Source: Podarcis bocagei
Taxonomy: Eukaryota
NCBI GenBank assembly: GCA_964188305.1
Contig: OZ076889.1
Direction: 5' to 3' (one strand)
DNA length: 64,000 nt
The position numbers and the translations under genes are program-made. The notes beneath the pieces were generated by a model. That model was given only the letters and a program-made list of their open reading frames with translations. It searched no databases and had not been told where the DNA came from. Below, one piece after another: positions 60,601-64,000 of the stretch (position 1 is the stretch's first letter; every line of letters begins with the position of its first letter).

Positions 60601-62121
60601 TTAAAATCTAGCTTGAGAGAGTGAGTTGCATGCTGTATTGAGTACATAATAGCGTTTGCTCAATTAACAGAGCCTAAAATTACAACAATTTGTATGCTAG
60701 GGCCTGCAAAAAAAATTGAGGTTAAAAAGTGATCCTCAAATTTGTAAAGCCTGGGAACCACTGATCTATACACTGAAAGAACAAACAAACATTTTTAGGT
60801 CCCAAGTACCCAAACCCTCAGTATTTAATGTTGTCCCTGAATGCATCCCATTTTTTAGATTCATTCCCTCCTGATCATTTCTCCCTCCTGATCATATCAT
60901 ATCCCTCCACACAAGACACAATTTTGTCTCAAAAATTATCTTACCTTATCTTGCTTTTGGTAGGTCTGCTTAATAAAGGAGCGTGTGATTTCATGGAGCT
61001 GACGTAAAGCTGGTACCACCCACACAAACTGAGGATTATTATGTTGGGATGACTATTAGGAGAAGGTACAGTAATAGATATGCTTAGTAACAATGACTGC
61101 ATAAACATTCAAAGTTTAATTCCCCATTCCAGATTACTTTTGTTGTCTGTACTATAGCTATTCCTCAATTCCACAAAATCCATTGTTTAGTTCTCTATGT
61201 AATATATATAGATTACATTGTGAAGGACACGTGGATCTATTTGCAAATTTCATTCTTGCACCTTCCCCGCAGCAAACAGTCACTGCTTTTGGCAGAAACA
61301 AAGGCAAGATACTGGCTATGACTCTCACAAAAAGCAAACTGATACACACACTCTCCCTTTTCAAGGCGTCCTGTGAAACGTGAGAACTAATGAATATGCC
61401 AAGCTTCAAGTTCTGCAACATTTCTAATCAAATAAAGTTACATCTAGAAGATTTGGAGGCGGGGCACGCGGAATATACATTCTGAGAGATAGGGCAAACT
61501 AACCCTCTTGATGTCTTCTATGCATTTGATGATGTAGCTTCTTTTTATTGCCTCCTTCACTGCATATGCATCACTAAGGATTGTCAAATGCTCCTCCAAG
61601 GCTTGTTGAATCAAACTGCTGGGCAATGTTGGAAGATGAGCCAACTCCCAGAGAACCTCAAGAACCTACAAGGATATACACACAGAGATAAATATCAACA
61701 TTCATTACAGAAGTTAACTTCCATGTTAACTCTTAAAAGTGGAATTTATTACTCATGCCTTTCCAGTGGTTGTCTCTACACGTGCTTCCCGACCAATACG
61801 TCCTATCAAGCTTAGCAGCTTCTGTCTCACTCTATCACTCTCAGATTCCCAACTCTACAAAAGGGGAGGGAAGGGGAGGGGGGAATAAATAAAGACAAAA
61901 CAAAAAACAAATTGAGTTTCAACTAGGCCAAGCTTTGGCTATCCATATTATGATCTTTAGATCCAAACAGACTTCAATATATATATTTCAGTTTCTTGCT
62001 GCAGTTGCCTCACCTTCTGAATAAGGACAAAGAGATGATTGAGCTGGTCTGAGCTGAACTTGACAGCAGCTGCTGCAATAATGGTGTGGATGTTCTCTAT
62101 TACAGTTGACGGCTGTCCTGA
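18994..62121 (-). CDS. USP24: Ubiquitin carboxyl-terminal hydrolase 24, 55 coding exons (5'-partial)
   Basis: 55 exons join in phase to 6369 nt (2122 aa plus TAG). Cys-box [16 protein letters not shown], CxxC pairs, His-box [17 protein letters not shown]; C-terminus SDLDDVDP*. Confidence 0.98.
20459..20569 (-). CDS. USP24: USP24 exon
   Basis: [37 protein letters not shown]; AG/GT. Confidence 0.94.
21389..21433. repeat. (CA)n microsatellite, (UG)n on USP24 pre-mRNA
   Basis: About 22 perfect units. Confidence 0.98.
21487..21573 (-). CDS. USP24: USP24 exon
   Basis: [29 protein letters not shown]; AG/GT. Confidence 0.94.
21666..21741 (-). CDS. USP24: USP24 exon
   Basis: [25 protein letters not shown]; AG/GT. 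Confidence 0.94.
22362..22443 (-). CDS. USP24: USP24 exon
   Basis: [26 protein letters not shown]; AG/GT. Confidence 0.94.
23508..23574 (-). CDS. USP24: USP24 exon
   Basis: [22 protein letters not shown]; AG/GT. Confidence 0.93.
23923..23988 (-). CDS. USP24: USP24 exon
   Basis: [22 protein letters not shown]; AG/GT. Confidence 0.93.
24449..24637 (+). mobile_element. tRNA-derived CORE/MIR-like SINE (Squam3-like)
   Basis: B-box GGTTCAAATCC, core gggtaaccttgggccagtc...ctacctcacagggttgttgtg, L2-like tail. Confidence 0.75.
24946..25059 (-). CDS. USP24: USP24 exon
   Basis: [38 protein letters not shown]; AG/GT. Confidence 0.94.
25223..25344 (-). CDS. USP24: USP24 exon
   Basis: PGLCVLHSP...[20 protein letters not shown]; AG/GT. 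Confidence 0.92.
26808..26910 (-). CDS. USP24: USP24 exon
   Basis: [34 protein letters not shown]; AG/GT. Confidence 0.92.
27703..27795 (-). CDS. USP24: USP24 exon
   Basis: [31 protein letters not shown]; TAGCAG acceptor, GT donor. Confidence 0.92.
28301..28417 (-). CDS. USP24: USP24 exon
   Basis: [39 protein letters not shown]; AG/GT. Confidence 0.94.
28610..28868 (+). mobile_element. L2 LINE 3' tail
   Basis: T-rich tract, tgtaagccgctctgag...gggcggggtataaat, (ATT)n tail. Confidence 0.6.
29440..29536 (-). CDS. USP24: USP24 exon
   Basis: [32 protein letters not shown]; AG/GT. Confidence 0.94.
30139..30252 (-). CDS. USP24: USP24 exon
   Basis: [27 protein letters not shown]...GRELI; AG/GT. 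Confidence 0.94.
30351..30454 (-). CDS. USP24: USP24 exon
   Basis: [34 protein letters not shown]; AG/GT. Confidence 0.94.
31694..31789 (-). CDS. USP24: USP24 exon
   Basis: [32 protein letters not shown]; AG/GT. Confidence 0.94.
32171..32251 (+). mobile_element. CR1-type 3' tail fragment
   Basis: ggactagatgacccttggggtccctttccaaccctacaattctattattctatg (ATTCTATG-type terminus). Confidence 0.75.
32596..32746 (-). CDS. USP24: USP24 exon
   Basis: [19 protein letters not shown]...EKMPVRIYQ; AG/GT. Confidence 0.94.
33571..33645. repeat. Compound (CA)n(GA)n microsatellite
   Basis: Direct reading. Confidence 0.98.
33714..33855 (-). CDS. USP24: USP24 exon (end of USP domain)
   Basis: [27 protein letters not shown]...EAEDLS; AG/GT. 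Confidence 0.95.
34497..34621 (-). CDS. USP24: USP24 exon (catalytic Asn/Asp)
   Basis: [18 protein letters not shown]...[14 protein letters not shown]; AG/GT. Confidence 0.95.
34986..35332 (-). mobile_element. Sauria SINE, near full length
   Basis: On - strand: tRNA head TGGCACTGTGGGTTAAACC..GGTTCGAATCC, body GCTGGCCACATGACC, BovB-like tail ending (ACCTTT)n. Confidence 0.92.
35475..35695 (-). CDS. USP24: USP24 exon (His box)
   Basis: [11 protein letters not shown]...[25 protein letters not shown]; AG/GT. Confidence 0.96.
36129..36248 (-). CDS. USP24: USP24 exon
   Basis: [40 protein letters not shown]; AG/GT. Confidence 0.95.
36721..36862 (-). CDS. USP24: USP24 exon
   Basis: [14 protein letters not shown]...[14 protein letters not shown]; AG/GT. 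Confidence 0.95.
37585..37721. mobile_element. Palindromic hAT-like MITE
   Basis: agccttcc..ctccagaggttttgga / ccaaaacacctggaag..ggaaagggctg; further copies at about 49486-49611 and 52602-52670. Confidence 0.65.
38308..38390 (-). CDS. USP24: USP24 exon
   Basis: [27 protein letters not shown]; AG/GT. Confidence 0.94.
38498..38596 (-). CDS. USP24: USP24 exon (QQD box)
   Basis: [33 protein letters not shown]; AG/GT. Confidence 0.95.
38769..39018. mobile_element. Tc1/mariner (Tigger-like) MITE
   Basis: TA flanks, CAAGGTACGACTG end; reverse-complement homolog of 12314-12554. Confidence 0.88.
39114..39239 (-). CDS. USP24: USP24 exon
   Basis: [42 protein letters not shown]; AG/GT. Confidence 0.95.
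40286..40405 (-). CDS. USP24: USP24 exon (Cys box)
   Basis: [40 protein letters not shown]; catalytic Cys codon at 40337-40339. Confidence 0.96.
40647..40791 (-). CDS. USP24: USP24 exon
   Basis: [19 protein letters not shown]...LSKEFD; AG/GT. Confidence 0.94.
41748..41865 (-). CDS. USP24: USP24 exon
   Basis: [25 protein letters not shown]...QDFHP; AG/GT. Confidence 0.94.
42650..42841 (-). CDS. USP24: USP24 exon
   Basis: [26 protein letters not shown]...EKEML; AG/GT. Confidence 0.94.
43662..43723 (-). CDS. USP24: USP24 exon
   Basis: [20 protein letters not shown]; AG/GT. Confidence 0.93.
44507..44667 (-). CDS. USP24: USP24 exon (GC donor)
   Basis: [14 protein letters not shown]...SIMRGVNQ; donor AG|GCAAGT. 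Confidence 0.92.
45185..45255 (-). CDS. USP24: USP24 exon
   Basis: [23 protein letters not shown]; AG/GT. Confidence 0.94.
45532..45687 (-). CDS. USP24: USP24 exon
   Basis: [19 protein letters not shown]...CLQLRSQQL; AG/GT. Confidence 0.94.
45845..46004 (-). CDS. USP24: USP24 exon
   Basis: [28 protein letters not shown]...RLSSS; AG/GT. Confidence 0.94.
46229..46457 (-). CDS. USP24: USP24 exon
   Basis: FLLVGQTMP...[12 protein letters not shown]; AG/GT. Confidence 0.94.
46575..46670 (-). CDS. USP24: USP24 exon
   Basis: [31 protein letters not shown]; AG/GT. Confidence 0.94.
47032..47167 (+). mobile_element. SINE with tRNA-Ile-like head and CR1 tail
   Basis: GCTCAGTTGGTTAGAGCATGGTGCTGATAATGCCAAGG..GGTTCAATCCC fused to ggactagatgatcc..attctatgattcta. 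Confidence 0.82.
47812..47909 (-). CDS. USP24: USP24 exon
   Basis: [32 protein letters not shown]; AG/GT. Confidence 0.94.
48537..48723. mobile_element. Tc1/mariner (Tc2/pogo-like) MITE
   Basis: 27-bp TIR CCGTATTTTTCGCTCTATAGGACGCAC (3 mismatches, all CpG decay), TA duplication. Confidence 0.9.
49033..49130 (-). mobile_element. tRNA-derived SINE fragment
   Basis: Reverse complement resembles the SINE head at 52668-52792 (tttgcatgtagaag..gttcagttcctggcatctccaggtag). Confidence 0.55.
49183..49338 (-). CDS. USP24: USP24 exon
   Basis: [15 protein letters not shown]...[11 protein letters not shown]; AG/GT. Confidence 0.94.
50384..50477 (-). CDS. USP24: USP24 exon
   Basis: [31 protein letters not shown]; AG/GT. 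Confidence 0.94.
50613..50698 (-). CDS. USP24: USP24 exon
   Basis: [28 protein letters not shown]; AG/GT. Confidence 0.94.
51452..51622 (-). CDS. USP24: USP24 exon
   Basis: [19 protein letters not shown]...SSYAMEQ; AG/GT. Confidence 0.94.
51698..51796 (-). CDS. USP24: USP24 exon
   Basis: [33 protein letters not shown]; AG/GT. Confidence 0.94.
52007..52260. mobile_element. Non-autonomous hAT, OposCharlie1 (OC1)-like
   Basis: 8-bp TSD CTTTGTAT/CTTTGCAT; right end GGTCTGAGGGACAGTGGACCGGTCCCCTGCTGAAAAAGTTTGATGACCCCTG. Confidence 0.82.
52352..52462 (-). CDS. USP24: USP24 exon
   Basis: [37 protein letters not shown]; AG/GT. Confidence 0.94.
52668..52792 (+). mobile_element. tRNA-derived SINE fragment
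   Basis: ctcagtggcagaacatctgctttg..ggtttaattccc..ctgcctgtcagtgtaga. Confidence 0.55.
53436..53770 (+). mobile_element. RTE-clade LINE 3' end (C-terminal C2H2 motif), nested in an L2 tail
   Basis: [26 protein letters not shown]...[21 protein letters not shown], short 3'UTR, (GAA)n tail. Confidence 0.8.
53905..53971 (-). CDS. USP24: USP24 exon
   Basis: [22 protein letters not shown]; AG/GT. Confidence 0.94.
55853..55968 (-). CDS. USP24: USP24 exon
   Basis: [38 protein letters not shown]; AG/GT. Confidence 0.94.
56580..56633 (-). CDS. USP24: USP24 exon
   Basis: [18 protein letters not shown]; AG/GT. Confidence 0.93.
56944..57007. repeat. Minisatellite, 3 x 21-22 bp
   Basis: TTCAAATCAGTGACAAGTTAAC-like unit. 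Confidence 0.85.
57538..57678 (-). CDS. USP24: USP24 exon
   Basis: [26 protein letters not shown]...NPRLKK; AG/GT. Confidence 0.94.
57996..58220. mobile_element. Degraded hAT (Blackjack-like) element
   Basis: TAGGGTTGTCATATTT left end; internal duplication ccccaaaattgttgag; right end unclear. Confidence 0.45.
58352..58428 (-). CDS. USP24: USP24 exon
   Basis: [25 protein letters not shown]; AG/GT. Confidence 0.93.
58642..58753 (-). CDS. USP24: USP24 exon
   Basis: [37 protein letters not shown]; AG/GT. Confidence 0.93.
59099..59230 (-). CDS. USP24: USP24 exon
   Basis: [32 protein letters not shown]...ELDRE; AG/GT. Confidence 0.94.
59405..59554 (-). CDS. USP24: USP24 exon
   Basis: [20 protein letters not shown]...RYTYRE; AG/GT. 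Confidence 0.93.
60945..61052 (-). CDS. USP24: USP24 exon
   Basis: [36 protein letters not shown]; AG/GT. Confidence 0.93.
61504..61665 (-). CDS. USP24: USP24 exon
   Basis: [27 protein letters not shown]...CIEDIKR; AG/GT. Confidence 0.94.
61759..61854 (-). CDS. USP24: USP24 exon (GC donor)
   Basis: [32 protein letters not shown]; donor AAG|GCATGA. Confidence 0.9.
62014..62121 (-). CDS. USP24: USP24 most 5' exon visible in window
   Basis: [36 protein letters not shown]; AG/GT. Confidence 0.93.
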
Positions 62122-64000
62122 CTTTAAAGAGGAGAGAAAAACAACAGTAAGGAGACAGCTATGAAAAAAGGTGAACTTGAAAAAATGATCATAGATGTAT
62201 ATTAAACAGAAAATCTGGAATCTTAGGCATTCTCACCCTGGAGTAAACCACTGAAAACATAGATGTTTCTGATTAAACATGCTTAGGTTCACACTGTGTA
62301 TGTATTATCAAGCAAGAGTGAGGAAGTCTGTAGCCCCATCTTAGAGACTGCAAGAAATACCACACTGACAACTTTGTGGTTTTACGTTCAGGTTTTGGAC
62401 ACAACAAAGGAGGTATTAGTATTCTGTGAAAGGTTTTATACTAAGTGTAAAGGGAAGATACCATTTGCTAGGTGTGTCATTGAGTAAACTGATTACTAAT
62501 TCAGAAGCACTTTCTGTTTCAGGTTCTGGGTACTCTGGAGGCTAATGGAACCAGTAGAAATGCAGGCATTGTGTAACTACTACTACATAATTAAATAAAG
62601 ATGAATCATTCGTTCATCTCTAAGAAAAGATGGTGCTTTTGAGAACCTTGGAAGATAAAATTTCAGAAATAAATCCTCAAGCCATGTCAGAAAGGACTCA
62701 CAATCCTTCAGGAAGGCTGAACTGATTTGTTCGAAATCAAAAGAAGTTGTTAACATAGGTGCTAACAGCCCTTATATGAATGCAGATTAGTACAGTATTT
62801 GAAATAAACATTCTAAAGGTAATGCAAATATGAAGACTGTATGGAATACTGAGCTGCTAATTTATCAACCAAACTCTTGGTGCTACATATTACAACAAGA
62901 AATATACTTGTGAATGGGCAGTGTGCAAATGTTATTTGTTCTCATATACAACTGAAGTTAACGTATGGCCAAAATCTAAAGAAATGAAGTCACCTTAAAA
63001 TATTGTAGCAGTATTCTTAGTTATAAGTATCCTATGTAATGTTGAGAGACTGAAAACACATTGAACCACAGAAGTCATCCATTTGGAATACTGGAAATTG
63101 TGTGCTTAAAAGCAGTGGACATCACAACTTTGTACATCAACTCTACCTGCATCCCTGCTACACTGTGGCAATGATTTGCAACTCACCTTAGTCAGTCACA
63201 ACCTACCCATGTCCTACAGTACTGGAAAGGGATAGACTACAAAGACATGCTATAATGTGTGATATTCAGAGACACACAGAGCCTTAAGATCTCTTTTTTT
63301 AGAACATGTCACAGGTTTGTCAGCAGAATGACTGTGCTCAAAATAAATGAAGAAGTACGTCACATTGTTGCAACAACGCCAGGAATAAAGAGCTTTGTCA
63401 CCATTTTACAGACTACTGCATATTTATAAGCTTAACACTGTGTGGATATTCTAAAGACGCCCATATCTAGTTATAAAGTAAATTGGAGTTGCGGTCCTTG
63501 TGCTCATTACATTTCTGCACTCCAGAAATTTTCCAGCACAAATTTTCATGCAGAAATTTCCCATTAAATTTATGAATAACCATAAACTGAGGTATAGAGC
63601 AGGCCATAGTTTCTTAACATATTCAGCGCACAGGAAGATTTGACATAGTTGCTTCATATAAGAGTACTAAAATTAAGCAGTGAGGAGGCAGGGTAGGGAG
63701 AGAACATGCAGCCTTCAACACTTATGTGAAATTTGAATGAACATCGTTTCTGCAAAAAAGAAAAGTGACAGAAGTGCCCTTGAAGATACATGAATTACTA
63801 GAGCTCTGTTTATCAAAGTGCAATAACTAAGTAACCAAATAATGAAATGGTGTGTGGGAGGATGGATGGACTGAATAAAATGTACAGATAATGCAAAGGT
63901 ATGTGGGTGTCAAACAAATTTAGCAAAGCAATTAAAAAAAACTAGCAGTTCTAAAACAAGATAAAAAGAAAATTCATACATCTCTCAATGTTTTCTCTTT

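Noticed and set aside
62122-64000. Further upstream USP24 exon
   Set aside because: No exon with suitable coding content and splice sites found; treated as intron.
1-64000. CRISPR array, operon or other prokaryote-type system
   Set aside because: Eukaryotic spliced genes and vertebrate repeats throughout; no repeat-spacer structure or long unexplained ORF.

Overview
Vertebrate genomic DNA. The repeat content (Sauria SINE, tRNA/CR1-tail SINE, L2, RTE, hAT and Tc1/mariner MITEs) points to a squamate, most likely a lacertid lizard. The window holds two convergent, intron-rich genes. (1) PCSK9 on + strand: exons 3-12 at 840-14015, 553 aa plus stop, intact, with the VFAQ/SIP autocleavage site, Asp/His/Ser triad and Cys/His-rich domain; exons 1-2 lie upstream of the window. 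(2) USP24 deubiquitinase on - strand: 55 coding exons from 62121 down to the stop at 18994, 6369 nt in one phase-consistent frame, with the full USP Cys-box/His-box domain; its 5' exons lie beyond the window. The tail-to-tail PCSK9-USP24 arrangement matches the human locus. Almost all ORF-track entries are exon fragments or spurious. I found no new multi-gene system. The best leads are at RNA level: a palindromic two-way poly(A) signal between the genes, two GC-AG introns (one with a competing GT that adds a stop), a 3' splice site in a hairpin loop, and a (CA)n tract before the skippable PCSK9 exon 8. Others are lizard-specific changes in the PCSK9 C-terminal domain and nested or horizontally transferred transposons. 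Human comparisons are from memory and were not run.
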